This document shows, piece by piece, positions 35,401 to 50,400 of a stretch of 64,000 nucleotides of DNA. The stretch is from positions 468,797 through 532,796 of the forward strand of contig CM121342.1 in NCBI GenBank assembly GCA_051530055.1. Reading direction: 5' to 3'. The number at the start of each line of letters is the position of its first letter. Positions within the stretch are counted from its first letter, which is position 1. Under the pieces are notes generated by a model that worked only from the letters and a program-made list of their open reading frames with translations, did not search any database and was not told the origin of the DNA. The position numbers were made by a program, and so were the translations under genes. The DNA comes from Neoechinorhynchus agilis (Eukaryota; Animalia; Acanthocephala).

Positions 35401-38400
35401 ATTGTATTCGTTCGTGTGTTAGTATTCGTGTACGTGATGGTTTTCACTCGAATGATCCTATACGTAAACCTGCTCGCATTAATCCATCTTTTTATGTTCA
35501 CTGTCCTTTTGGTATTCATGTAACTCTTGTTATTGCTTCACATAATTGTATTCGTTCGTGTGTTAGTATTCGTGTACCTCATGGTGTTCACTCGCATGAT
35601 CGTATACGTAAACCTGTTGGTATTAATTCATCTTTTTATATTCATTGTCCTCTTGGTATTCATGTAACTCTTGTTATTGCTTCGCATAATGGTGGTCGTT
35701 CGTGTGTTAGTATTCGTGTACCTCATGGTGTTCATTAGCATGATCGTATACGTGAACCTGTTGGTATTAATTCATCTTTTTATATTCATTGTCCTTTTGG
35801 TATTCATGTAACTCTTGTTATTGCTTCACATAATGGTATTCGTTCGTGTGTTAGTATTCGTGTACCTAATGGTGTTCATTTGCATGATCGTATACGTGAG
35901 CTTGTTGGTATTAATTCATCTTTTTATATTCATTGTCCTTTTGGTATTGATGTAACTCTTGTTATTGCTTCACATAATGGTATTCGTTCGTGTGTTAGTA
36001 TTCGTGTACCTCATGGTGATCATTCGCATGATCGTATACGTAAACCTGTTGGTATTAATCCATCTTTATATATTCATTGTCCTTTTGGTATTCATGTAAC
36101 TCTTGTTATTGCTTCACACAATGGTATTCGTTCGTGTGTTAGTATTCGTGTACCCCATGGTGTTCATTCGCATGATCGTATACGTGAACCTGTTGGTATT
36201 AATTCAAATTTTATAATCATTGTCCTTTTGGTATTCATGTAACTCTTGTTATTGCTTCACATAATGGTATTCGTTCGTGTGTTAGTATTCGTGTACCCCA
36301 TGGTGTTCATTCGCATGATCGTAAACGTGAACCTGTTGGTATTAATTCATCTTTTTATAATCATTGTCCTTTTGGTATTTATGTAACACTTTATATTGCT
36401 TCACATAATGGTATTCGTTCGTGTGTTAGTATTCGTGTACCTCATGGTGTTCAATCGCATGATCGTATACGTAAACCTGTTGGTATTAATTCATCTTTTT
36501 ATAATCATTGTCCTTTTGGTATTAATGTAACTCTTGTTATTGCTTCACATAATGGTATTCGTTCGTGTTAGTATTCATGTACCTTGTAGTGTTCATTCGA
36601 ATGATCGTATACATGAACCTGTTGTATTAATTCATCTTTTTATGTTCACTGTCCTTTTGGTATTCATGTAACTCTTGTTATTGCTTCACATAATTGTATT
36701 CGTTCGTATGTTAGTATTCGTGTACCTCATGGTGTTCACTCGCATGATCGTATACGTAAACCTGTTGGTATTAATTCATCTTTTTATATTCATTGTCCTC
36801 TTGGTATTCATGTAACTCTTGTTATTGCTTCACATAATGGTATTCGATCGTGTGTTAGTATTCGTGTACCTAATGGTGTTCATTAGCATGATCGTATACG
36901 TGAACCTGTTGGTATTAATTCATCTTTTTATATTCATTGTCCTTTTGGTATTATTGCAACTCTTATTATTGCTACACATAATTGTATTCGTTCGTGTGTT
37001 AGTATTCGTGTACCTCATGGTGTTCACTCGAATGATCGTATACGTAAACCTGCTGGTATTAATCCATCTTTTTATGTTCATTGTCCTTTTGGTATTCATG
37101 TAACTCTTGTTATTGCTTCACATAATTGTATTCGTTCGTGTGTTAGTATTCGTGTACCTCATGGTGTTCACTCGCATGATCGTATACGTAAACCTGTTGG
37201 TATTAATTCATCTTTTTATATTCATTGTCCTTTTGGTATTCATGTAACTCTTGTTATTGCTTCACATAATGGTATTCGTTCGTGTGTTAGTATTCGTGTA
37301 CCTAATGGTGTTCATTTGCATGATCGTATACGTGAACCTGTTGGTATTAATTCATCTTTTTATATTCATTGTCCTTTTGGTATTCATGTAACTCTTGTTA
37401 TTGCTTCACATAATGGTATTCGTTCGTGTGTTAGTATTCGTGTACCTCATGGTGTTCATTCGCATGATCGTATACGTAAACCTGTTGGTATTAATCCATC
37501 TTTATATATTCATTGTCCTTTTGGTATTCATGTAACTCTTGTTATTGCTTCACACAATGGTATTCGTTCGTGTGTTAGTATTCGTGTACCCCATGGTGTT
37601 CATTCGCATGATCGTATACGTGAACCTGTTGGTATTAATTCAAATTTTATAATCATTGTCCTTTTGGTATTCATGTAACTCTTGTTATTGCTTCACATAA
37701 TGGTATTCGTTCGTGTGTTAGTATTCGTGTACCCCATGGTGTTCATTCGCATGATCGTAAACGTGAACCTGTTGGTATTAATTCATCTTTTTATAATCAT
37801 TGTCCTTTTGGTATTTATGTAACACTTTATATTGCTTCACATAATGGTATTCGTTCGTGTGTTAGTATTCGTGTACCTCATGGTGTTCAATCGCATGATC
37901 GTATACGTAAACCTGTTGGTATTAATTCATCTTTTTATAATCATTGTCCTTTTGGTATTGATGTAACTCTTGTTATTGCTTCACATAATGGTATTCGTTC
38001 GTGTGTTAGTATTCGTGCACCTCATGGTGATCATTCGCATGATCGTATACGTAAACCTGTTGGTATTAATCCATCTTTATATATTCATTGTCCTTTTGGT
38101 ATTCATGTAACTCTTGTTATTGCTTCACACAATGGTATTCGTTCGTGTGTTAGTATTCGTGTACCCCATGGTGTTCATTCGCACGATCGTATACGTGAAC
38201 CTGTTGGTATTAATTCAAATTTTATAATCATTGTCCTTTTGGTATTCATGTAACTCTTGTTATTGCTTCACATAATGGTATTCGTTCGTGTGTTAGTATT
38301 CGTGTACCTCATGGTGTTCATTCGCATGATCGTATGCGTAAACCCGTTGGTATTAATCCATCTTTTTATATTCATTGTCCTTTTGGTATTCATGTAACTC

Positions 38401-41400
38401 TTGTTATTGCTTTACATAATGGTATTCATTCGTGTGTTAGTATTCGTGTACCTCATGGTGTTCACTCGAATGATCGTATACGTGAACCTGCTGGTATTAA
38501 TCCATCTTTTTATATTCATTGTCGTTTTGGTATTCATGTAACTCTTGTTATTGCTTCACATAATGGTATTCGTTCGTGTGTTAGTATTCGTGTACCTCAT
38601 GGTGTTCATTAGCATGATCGTATACGTGAACATGTTGGTATTAATTTATCTTTTTATATTCATTGTCATCTTGGTATTCATGTAACTCTTGTTATTGCTT
38701 CACATAATGGTATTCGTTCGTGTGTTAGTATTCGTGTACCTCATGGTGTTCATTCGCATGATCGTATGCGTAAACCCGTTGGTATTAATCCATCTTTTTA
38801 TATTCATTGTCCTTTTGGTATTCATGTAACTCTTGTTATTGCTTTACATAATTGTATTCGTTCGTGTGTTAGTATTCGTGTACCTCATATTGTTCACTCG
38901 CATGATCGTATACGTAAACCTGTTGGTATTAATTCATCTTTTTATATTCATTGTCCTCTTGGTATTCATGTAACTCTTGTTATTGCTTCGCATAATGGTG
39001 GTCGTTCGTGTGTTAGTATTCGTGTACCTCATGGTGTTCATTAGCATGATCGTATACGTGAACCTGTTGGTATTAATTCATCTTTTTATATTCATTGTCC
39101 TTTTGGTATTCATGTAACTCTTGTTATTGCTTCACATAATGGTATTCGTTCGTGTGTTAGTATTCGTGTACCTAATGGTGTTCATTTGCATGATCGTATA
39201 CGTGAGCCTGTTGGTATTAATTCATCTTTTTTTATTCATTGTCCTTTTGGTATTAATGTAACTCTTGTTATTGCTTCACATAATGGTATTCGTTCGTGTT
39301 AGTATTCATGTACCTTGTAGTGTTCATTCGAATGATCGTATACATGAACCTGTTGGTATTAATTCATCTTTTTATGTTCACTGTCCTTTTGGTATTCATG
39401 TAACTCTTGTTATTGCTTCACATAATTGTATTCGTTCGTATGTTAGTATTCGTGTACCTCATGGTGTTCACTCGCATGATCGTATACGTAAACCTGTTGG
39501 TATTAATTCATCTTTTTATATTCATTGTCCTCTTGGTATTCATGTAACTCTTGTTATTGCTTCACATAATGGTATTCGATCGTGTGTTAGTATTCGTGTA
39601 CCTAATGGTGTTCATTAGCATGATCGTATACGTGAACCTGTTGGTATAAATTCATCTTTTTATATTCATTGTCCTTTTGGTATTATTGCAACTCTTATTA
39701 TTGCTACACATAATGGTATTCGTTCGTGTGTTAGTATTCGTGTACGTGATGGTTTTCACTCGAATGATCCTATACGTAAACCTGCTCGCATTAATCCATC
39801 TTTTTATGTTCACTGTCCTTTTGGTATTCATGTAACTCTTGTTATTGCTTCACATAATTGTATTCGTTCGTGTGTTAGTATTCGTGTACCTCATGGTGTT
39901 CACTCGCATGATCGTATACGTAAACCTGTTGGTATTAATTCATCTTTTTATATTCATTGTCCTCTTGGTATTCATGTAACTCTTGTTATTGCTTCGCATA
40001 ATGGTGGTCGTTCGTGTGTTAGTATTCGTGTACCTCATGGTGTTCATTAGCATGATCGTATACGTGAACCTGTTGGTATTAATTCATCTTTTTATATTCA
40101 TTGTCCTTTTGGTATTCATGTAACTCTTGTTATTGCTTCACATAATGGTATTCGTTCGTGTGTTAGTATTCGTGTACCTAATGGTGTTCATTTGCATGAT
40201 CGTATACGTGAGCTTGTTGGTATTAATTCATCTTTTTATATTCATTGTCCTTTTGGTATTGATGTAACTCTTGTTATTGCTTCACATAATGGTATTCGTT
40301 CGTGTGTTAGTATTCATGTACCTCATGGTGATCATTCGCATGATCGTATACGTAAACCTGTTGGTATTAATCCATCTTTATATATTCATTGTCCTTTTGG
40401 TATTCATGTAACTCTTGTTATTGCTTCACACAATGGTATTCGTTCGTGTGTTAGTATTCGTGTAGCCCATGGTGTTCATTCGCATGATCGTATACGTGAA
40501 CCTGTTGGTATTAATTCAAATTTTATAATCATTGTCCTTTTGGTATTCATGTAACTCTTGTTATTGCTTCACATAATGGTATTCGTTCGTGTGTTAGTAT
40601 TCGTGTACCCCATGGTGTTCATTCGCATGATCGTAAACGTGAACCTGTTGGTATTAATTCATCTTTTTATAATCATTGTCCTTATGGTATTTATGTAACA
40701 CTTTATATTGCTTCACATAATGGTATTCGTTCGTGTGTTAGTATTCGTGTACCTCATGGTGTTCAATCGCATGATCGTATACGTAAACCTGTTGGTATTA
40801 ATTCATCTTTTTATAATCATTGTCCTTTTGGTATTGATGTAACTCTTGTTATTGCTTCACATAATGGTATTCGTTCGTGTGTTAGTATTCGTGCACCTCA
40901 TGGTGATCATTCGCATGATCGTATACGTAAACCTGTTGGTATTAATCCATCTTTTTATATTCATTGTCCTTTTGGTATTCATGTAACTCTTGTTATTGCT
41001 TCACACAATGGTATTCGTTCGTGTGTTAGTATTCGTGTACCTCATGGTGTTCATTCGCATGATCGTATACGTGAACCTGTTGGTATTAATTCATCTTTTA
41101 TATTCATTGTCCTTTTGGTATTCATGTAACTCTTGTTATTGCTTCACATAATGGTATTCGTTCGTGTGTTAGTATTCGTGTACCTCATGGTGTTCATTCG
41201 CATGATCGTATGCGTAAACCCGTTGGTATTAATCCATCTTTTTATATTCATTGTCCTTTTGGTATTCATGTAACTCTTGTTATTGCTTTACATAATGGTA
41301 TTCGTTCGTGTGTTAGTATTCGTGTACCTCATGGTGTTCACTCGAATGATCGTATACGTGAACCTGTTGGTATTAATTCATCTTTTTATATTCATTGTCC

Positions 41401-44400
41401 TTTTGGTATTCATGTAACTCTTGTTATTGCTTCACATAATGGTATTCGTTCGTGTGTTAGTATTCGTGTACCTCATGGTGTTCATTAGCATGATCGTATA
41501 CGTGAACCTGTTGGTATTAATTCATCTTTTTATATTCATTGTCCTTTTGGTATTCATGTAACTCTTGTTATTGCTTCACATAATGGTATTCGTTCGTGTG
41601 TTAGTATTCGTGTACCTCATGGTGTTCATTCGCATGATCGTATACGTGAACCTGTTGGTATTAATTATAATTTTATATTCATTGTCCTTTTGGTATTCAT
41701 GTAACTCTTGTTATTGCTTCACATAATGGTATTCGTTCGTGTGTTAGTATTCGTGTACCTCATGGTGTTCATTCGCATGATCGTATACGTAAACCTGTTG
41801 GTATTAATTCATCTTTTTATATTCATTGTCCTTTTGGTATTCATGTAACTCTTGTTATTGCTTCACATAATGGTATTCGTTCGTGTGTTAGTATTCGTGT
41901 ACCTCATGGTGTTCATTCGCATGATCGTATACGTAAACCTGTTGGTATTAATTCATCTTTTTATAATCATTGTCCTTTTGGTATTCATGTAACTCTTGTT
42001 ATTGCTTCACATAATGGTATTCGTTCGTGTGTTAGTATTCGTGTACCTCATGGTGTTCATTCGCATGATCGTATACGTAAACCTGTTGGTATTAATCCAT
42101 CTTTATATATTCATTGTCCTTTTGGTATTCATGTAACTCTTGTTATTGCTTCACACAATGGTATTCGTTCGTGTGTTAGTATTCGTGTACCCCATGGTGT
42201 TCATTCGCATGATCGTATACGTGAACCTGTTGGTATTAATTCAAATTTTATAATCATTGTCCTTTTGGTATTCATGTAACTCTTGTTATTGCTTCACATA
42301 ATGGTATTCGTTCGTGTGTTAGTATTCGTGCACCTCATGGTGACCATTCGCATGATCGTATACGTAAACCTGTTGGTATTAATCCATCTTTATATATTCA
42401 TTGTCCTTTTGGTATTCATGTAACTCTTGTTATTGCTTCACACAATGGTATTCGTTCGTGTGTTAGTATTCGTGTACCCCATGGTGTTCATTCGCACGAT
42501 CGTATACGTGAACCTGTTGGTATTAATTCAAATTTTATAATCATTGTCCTTTTGGTATTCATGTAACTCTTGTTATTGCTTCACATAATGGTATTCGTTC
42601 GTGTGTTAGTATTCGTGTACCTCATGGTGTTCATTCGCATGATCGTATACGTGAACCTGTTGGTATTAATTCATCTTTTTATATTCATTGTCCTTTTGGT
42701 ATTCATGTAACTCTTGTTATTGCTTCACATAATGGTATTCGTTCGTGTGTTAGTATTCGTGTACCTCATGGTGTTCATTCGCATGATCGTATACGTGAAC
42801 CTGTTGGTATTAATTCATCTTTTTATATTCATTGTCCTTTTGGTATTCATGTAACTCTTGTTATTGCTTCACATAATGGTATTCGTTCGTGTGTTAGTAT
42901 TCGTGTACCTCATGGTGTTCATTCGCATGATCGTATACGTGAACCTGTTGGTATTAATTCATCTTTTTATATTCATTGTCCTTTTGGTATTCATGTAACT
43001 CTTGTTATTGCTTCACATAATGGTATTCGTTCGTGTGTTAGTATTCGTGTACCTCATGGTGTTCATTAGCATGATCGTATACGTGAACCTGTTGGTATTA
43101 ATTCATCTTTTTATATTCATTGTCCTTTTGGTATTCATGTAACTCTTGTTATTGCTTCACATAATGGTATTCGTTCGTGTGTTAGTATTCGTGTACCTCA
43201 TGGTGTTCATTCGCATGATCGTATACGTAAACCTGTTGGTATTAATTCATCTTTTTATATTCATTGTCCTTTTGGTATTCATGTAACTCTTGTTATTGCT
43301 TCACATAATGGTATTCGTTCGTGTGTTAGTATTCGTACCTCATGGTGTTCGCATGATCGTATACGTGAACCTGTTGGTATAATTATCTTTTATATTCATT
43401 GTCTTTTGGTATTCATGTAACTCTTGTTATTGCTTCGCATAATGGTGGTCGTTCGTGTGTTAGTATTCGTGTACCTCATGGTGTTCATTAGCATGATCGT
43501 ATACGTGAACCTGTTGGTATTAATTCATCTTTTTATATTCATTGTCCTTTTGGTATTCATGTAACTCTTGTTATTGCTTCACATAATGGTATTCGTTCGT
43601 GTGTTAGTATTCGTGTACCTAATGGTGTTCATTTGCATGATCGTATACGTGAGCCTGTTGGTATTAATTCATCTTTTTATATTCATTGTCCTTTTGGTAT
43701 TGATGTAACTCTTGTTATTGCTTCACATAATGGTATTCGTTCGTGTGTTAGTATTCGTGTACCTCATGGTGTTCATTCGCATGATCGTATACGTAAACCT
43801 GTTGGTATTAATTCATCTTTATATATTCATTGTCCTTTTGGTATTCATGTAACTCTTGTTATTGCTTCACATAATGGTATTCGTTCGTGTGTTAGTATTC
43901 GTGTACCCCATGGTGTTCATTCGCATGATCGTATACGTGAACCTGTTGGTATTAATTCATCTTTTATAATCATTGTCCTTTTGGTATTCATGTAACTCTT
44001 GTTATTGCTTCACATAATGGTATTCGTTCGTGTGTTAGTATTCGTGTACCTCATGGTGTTCAATCGCATGATCGTATACGTAAACCTGTTGGTATTAATT
44101 CATCTTTTTATATTCATTGTCCTTTTGGTATTCATGTAACTCTTGTTATTCCTTCACATAATGGTATTCGTTCGTGTGTTAGTATTCGTGTACCTCATGG
44201 TGTTGGTTCGCATGATCGTATACGTGAACCTGTTGGTAATAATTTATCTTTTTATATTCATTGTCCTTTTGGTATTCATGTAACTCTTGTTATTGCTTCG
44301 CATAATGGTGGTCGTTCGTGTGTTAGTATTCGTGTACCTCATGGTGTTCATTAGCATGATCGTATACGTGAACCTGTTGGTATTAATTCATCTTTTTATA

Positions 44401-47400
44401 TTCATTGTCCTTTTGGTATTCATTTAACTCTTGTTATTGCTTCATATAATGGTATTCGTTCATGTGTTGGTATTCGTGTACCTAATGGTGTTCATTTGCA
44501 TGATCGTATACGTGAGCCTGTTGGTATTAATTCATCTTTTTATATTCATTGTCCTTTTGGTATTGATGTAACTCTTGTTATTGCTTCACATAATGGTATT
44601 CGTTCGTGTGTTAGTATTCGTGCACCTCATGGTGATCATTCGCATGATCGTATACGTAAACCTGTTGGTATTAATCCATCTTTATATATTCATTGTCCTT
44701 TTGGTATTCATGTAACTCTTGTTATTGCTTCACACAATGGTATTCGTTCGTGTGTTAGTATTCGTGTACCCCATGGTGTTCATTCGCACGATCGTATACG
44801 TGAACCTGTTGGTATTAATTCAAATTTTATAATCATTGTCCTTTTGGTATTCATGTAACTCTTGTTATTGCTTCACATAATGGTATTCGTTCGTGTGTTA
44901 GTATTCGTGTACCTCATGGTGTTCATTCGCATGATCGTATACGTGAACCTGTTGGTATTAATCCATCTTTTTATATTCATTGTCCTTTTGGTATTAATGT
45001 AACTCTTGTTGTTGCTTCACATAATGGTATTCGTTCGTGTGTTAGTATTCGTGTACCTCATGGTGTTCAATCGCATGATCGTATACGTAAACCTGTTGGT
45101 ATTAATTCATCTTTTTATAATCATTGTCTTTTGGCATTCATGTAACTCTTGTTATTGCTTCACATAATCGTATTCGTTCGTTTGTTAGTATTCGTGTACC
45201 TCATGGTGTTCATTCGCATGATCGTATACGTAAACCGGTTGGTATTAATTCATCTTTTTATATTCATTGTCCTTTTGGTATTCATGTAACTCTTGTTATT
45301 GCTTCACACAATGGTATTCGTTCGTATGTTAGTATTCGTGTACCACATGGTGTTAACTCGTATGATAGTATACGTGAACCTGTTGGTATTAATTCATCTT
45401 TTTATATTCATTGTCCTTTTGGTATTCATGTAACTCTTGTAATTGCTTCACATAATGGTATTCGTTCGTGTGTTAGTATTCGTGTACCTCATGGTGTTCA
45501 CTCGCATGATCGTATACGTGAACCTGTTATCGATGATCGTATAACCGTTGGTATTAATTCATCTTTTTATATTCATTGTCCTTTTGGTATTCGTAACTCT
45601 TGTTATTGCTTCACATAATGGTATTCGTTCGTGTGTTAGTATTCGTGTACCCATGGTGTTCATTCGCATGATCGTATACGTAACCTGTTGGTATTAATTC
45701 ATCTTTTTATATTCATTGTCCTTTTGGTATTATGTTTGCTTCACATAATGGTATTCGTTCGTGTGTTAGTATTCGTGTACCTCATGGTGTTCAATCGCAT
45801 GATCGTATACGTAAACCTGTTGGTATTAATTCATCTTTTTATATTCATTGTCCTTTTGGTATTCATGTAACTCTTGTTATTGCTTCACATAATGGTATTC
45901 GTTCGTGTGTTAGTATTCGTGTACCTCATGGTGTTCATTCGCATGATCGTATACGTGAACCTGTTGGTATTAATTCATCTTTTTATATTCATTGTCCTTT
46001 TGGTATTCATGTAACTCTTGTTATTGCTTCGCATAATGGTGGTCGTTCGTGTGTTAGTATTCGTGTACCTCATGGTGTTCATTAGCATGATCGTATACGT
46101 GAACCTGTTGGTATTAATTCATCTTTTTATATTCATTGTCCTTTTGGTATTCATGTAACTCTTGTTATTGCTTCACATAATGGTATTCGTTCGTGTGTTA
46201 GTATTCGTGTACCTCATGGTGTTCATTTGCATGATCGTATACGTGAACCTGTTGGTATTAATTCATCTTTTTATATTCATTGTCCTTTTGGTATTCATGT
46301 AACTCTTGTTATTGCTTCACATAATGGTATTCGTTCGTGTGTTAGTATTCGTGTACCTCATGGTGTTCATTCGCATGATCGTATACGTGAACCTGTTGGT
46401 ATTAATTCATCTTTTTATAATCATTGTCCTTTTGGTATTGATGTAACTCTTGTTATTGCTTCACATAATGGTATTCGTTCGTGTGTTAGTATTCGTGCAC
46501 CTCATGGTGATCATTCGCATGATCGTATACGTAAACCTGTTGGTATTAATCCATCTTTATATATTCATTGTCCTTTTGGTATTCATGTAACTCTTGTTAT
46601 TGCTTCACACAATTGTATTCGTTCGTGTGTAAGTATTCGTGTACCTCATGGTGTTCACTCGCATGATCGTATACGTAAACCTGTTAGTATTAATTCATCT
46701 TTTTATATTCATTGTCCTCTTGTTATTCATGTAACTCTTGTTATTGCTTCACATAATGGTATTCGATCGTGTGTTAGTATTCGTGTACCTCATGGTGTTC
46801 ATTAGCATGATCGTATACGTGAACCTGTTGGTATTAATCCATCTTTTTATATTCATTGTCGTTTTGGTATTCATGTAACTCTTGTTATTGCTTCACATAA
46901 TGGTATTCGTTCGTGTGTTAGTATTCGTGTACGTGATGGTTTTCACTCGAATGATCCTATACGTAAACCTGCTCGCATTAATCCATCTTTTTATATTCAT
47001 TGTCCTTTTGGTATTCATGTGACTCTTGTTATTGCTTCGCATAATGGTATTCGTTCGTGTGTTAGTATTCGTGTACCTCATGGTGTTCAATCGCATGATC
47101 GTATACGTAAACCTGTTGGTATTAATTCATCTTTTTATATTGATTTTCTTTTTGGTATTCATGTAACTCTTGTTATTCCTTTACATAATGGTATTCGTTC
47201 GTGTGTTAGTATTCGTGTACCTCATGGTGTTTATTCGAATGATCGTATACATGAACCTGTTGGTATTAATTCATCTTTTTATGTTCACTGTCCTTTTGGT
47301 ATTCATGTAACTCTTGTTATTGCTTCACATAATTGTATTCGTTCGTGTGTTAGTATTCGTGTACCTCATGGTGTTCACTCGCATGATCGTATACGTAAAC

Positions 47401-50400
47401 CTGTTGGTATTAATTCATCTTTTTATATTCATTGTCCTTTTGGAATTCATTTAACTCTTGTTATTGCTTCATATAATGGTATTCGTTCATGTGTTGGTAT
47501 TCGTGTACCTAATGGTATTCATTTGCATGATCGTATACGTGAGCCTGTTGGTATTAATTGATCTTTTTATATTCATTGTCCTTTTGGTATTGATGTAACT
47601 CTTGTTATTGCTTCACATAATGGTATTCGTTCGTGTGTTAGTATTCGTGTACCTCATGGTGATCATTCGCATGATCGTATACGTAAACCTGTTGGTATTA
47701 ATCCATCTTTATATATTCATTGTCCTTTTGGTATTCATGTAACTCTTGTTATTGCTTCACACAATGGTATTCGTTCGTGTGTTAGTATTCGTGTACCCCA
47801 TGGTGTTCATTCGCACGATCGTATACGTGAACCTGTTGGTATTAATTCCAATTTTATAATCATTGTCCTTTTGGTATTCATGTAACTCTTGTTGTTGCTT
47901 CACATAATGGTATTCGTTCGTGTGTTAGTATTCGTCTACCTCATTGTGTTCAATCGCATGATCGTATACGTGAACCTGTTGGTATTAATTCATCTTTTTA
48001 TAATCATTGTCTTTTGGCATTCATGTAACTCTTGTTATTGCTTCACATAATCGTATTCGTTCGTTTGTTAGTATTCGTGTACCTCATGGTGTTCATTCGC
48101 ATGATCGTATACGTAAACCGGTTGGTATTAATTCATCTTTTTATTTTCATTGTCCTTTTGGTATTCATGTAACTCTTGTTATTGCTTCACACAATGGTAT
48201 TCGTTCGTATGTTAGTATTCGTGTACCTCATGGTGTTAACTCGTATGATAGTATACGTGAACCTGTTGGTATTAATTCATCTTTTTATATTCATTGTCCT
48301 TTTGGTATTCATGTAACTCTTGTAATTGCTTCACATAATGGTATTCGTTCGTGTGTTAGTATTCGTGTACCTCATGGTGTTAACTCGCACGATCGTATAC
48401 GTGAACCTGTTGGTATTAATTAATCTTTTTATATTCATTGTCCTTTTGGTATTATAGCAACTCTTATTATTGCTTCACATAATGGTATTCGTTCGTCTGT
48501 TAGTATTCGTGTACCTCATGGTGATCATTCGCATGATCGTATACGTAAACCTGTTGGTATTAATTCATCTTTTTTTATTCATTGTCCTTTTGGTATTAAT
48601 GTAACTCTTGTTATTGCTTAACATAATGGTATTCGTTCGTATTAGTATTCATGTACCTTGTAGTGTTCATTCGAATGATCGTATACATGAACCTGTTAAT
48701 ATTAATTCATCTTTTTATGTTCATTGTCCTTTTGGTATTCATGTAACTCTTGTTATTGCTTCACATAATTGTATTCGTTCGTGTGTTAGTATTCGTGTAC
48801 CTCATGGTGTTCACTCGCATGATCGTATACGTAAACCTGTTGGTATTAATTCATCTTTTTATATTCATTGTCCTTTTGGTATTCATGTAACTCTTGTTAT
48901 TGCTTCACATAATGGTATTCGTTCGTGTGTTAGTATTCGTGTACCTGATGGTGTTCATTCGCATGATCGTATACGTGAACTTGTTGGTATTAATTCATCT
49001 TTTTATATTCATTGTCCTTTTGGTATTGATGTAACTCTTGTTATTGCTTCACATAATGGTATTCGTTCGTGTGTTAGTATTCGTGTACCTCATGGTGATC
49101 ATTCGCATGATCGTATACGTAAACCTGTTGGTATTAATCCATCTTTATATATTCATTGTCCTTTTGGTATTCATGTAACTCTTGTTATTGCTTCACACAA
49201 TGGTATTCGTTCGTGTTTTAGTATTCGTGTACCCCATGGTGTTCATTCGCATGATCGTATACGTTAAACGTGTTGGTATTAATTCAAATTTTATAATCAT
49301 TGTCCTTTTGGTATTCATGTAACTCTTGTTATTGCTTCACATAATGGTATTCGTTCGTGTGTTAGTATTCGTGTACCTCATGGTGTTCACTCGCATGATC
49401 GTATACGTAAACCTGTTGGTATTAATTCATCTTTTTATAATCATTGTCCTTTTGGTATTCATGTAACTCTTGTTATTGCTTCACATAATGGTATTCGTTC
49501 GTGTGTTAGTATTCGTGTACCTCATGGTGTTCATCCGCATGATCGTATAGGTGAACCTGTTGGTATTAATTCATCTTTTTATATTCAATGTCCTTTTGGT
49601 ATTCATGTAACTCTTGTTATTGCTTCACACAATGGTATTCGTTCGTGTGTTAGTATTCGTGTACCCCATGGTGTTCATTCGCATGATCGTATACGTGAAC
49701 CTGTTGGTATTAATTCATCTTTTTATAATCATTGTCCTTTTGGTATTCATGTTACTCTTGTTATTGCTTCACATAATGGTATTCGTTCGTGTGTTAGTAT
49801 TCGTGTACCCCATGGTGTTCATTCGCATGATCGTATACGTGAACCTGTTTGTATTAATTCATCTTTTTATAATCATTGTCCTTTTGGTATTCATGTAACT
49901 CTTGTTATTGCTTCACATGATGGTATTCGTTCGCGTGTTAGTATTCGTGTACCTCATGGTGTTGGTTCGCATGATCGTATACGTGAACCTGTTGGTATTA
50001 ATTCATCTTTTTATATTCATTATCCTCTTGGTATTCATGTAACTCTTGTTATTGCTTCACATAATGGTATTCGTTCGTGTGTTAGTATTCGTGTACCTCA
50101 TGGTGTTCACTCGAATGATCGTATGCGTGAACCTGTTGGTACTAATTCATCTTTTTATATTAATTGTCCTTTTGGTATTAATGTAACTCTTGTTATTGCT
50201 TCACATAATGGTATTCGTTCGTGTGTTAGTATTCGTGTACCTCATGGTGTTCATTCGCATGATCGAATACGTAAACCTGTTGGTATTAATCCATCTTTTT
50301 ATATTCATTGTCCTTTTGGTATTCATGTAACTCTTGTTATTGCTTCAAATAATGGTATTCGTTCGTGTGTTAGTATTCGTGTACCTCATGGTGTTGGTTC

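Noticed and set aside
43330-45740. Clusters of small indels (43330-43410, 45520-45740) as biological junctions
   Set aside because: They are dense, non-recurrent 1-10-bp indels in a repeat, which look like low-quality consensus. They are not interpretable without reads.
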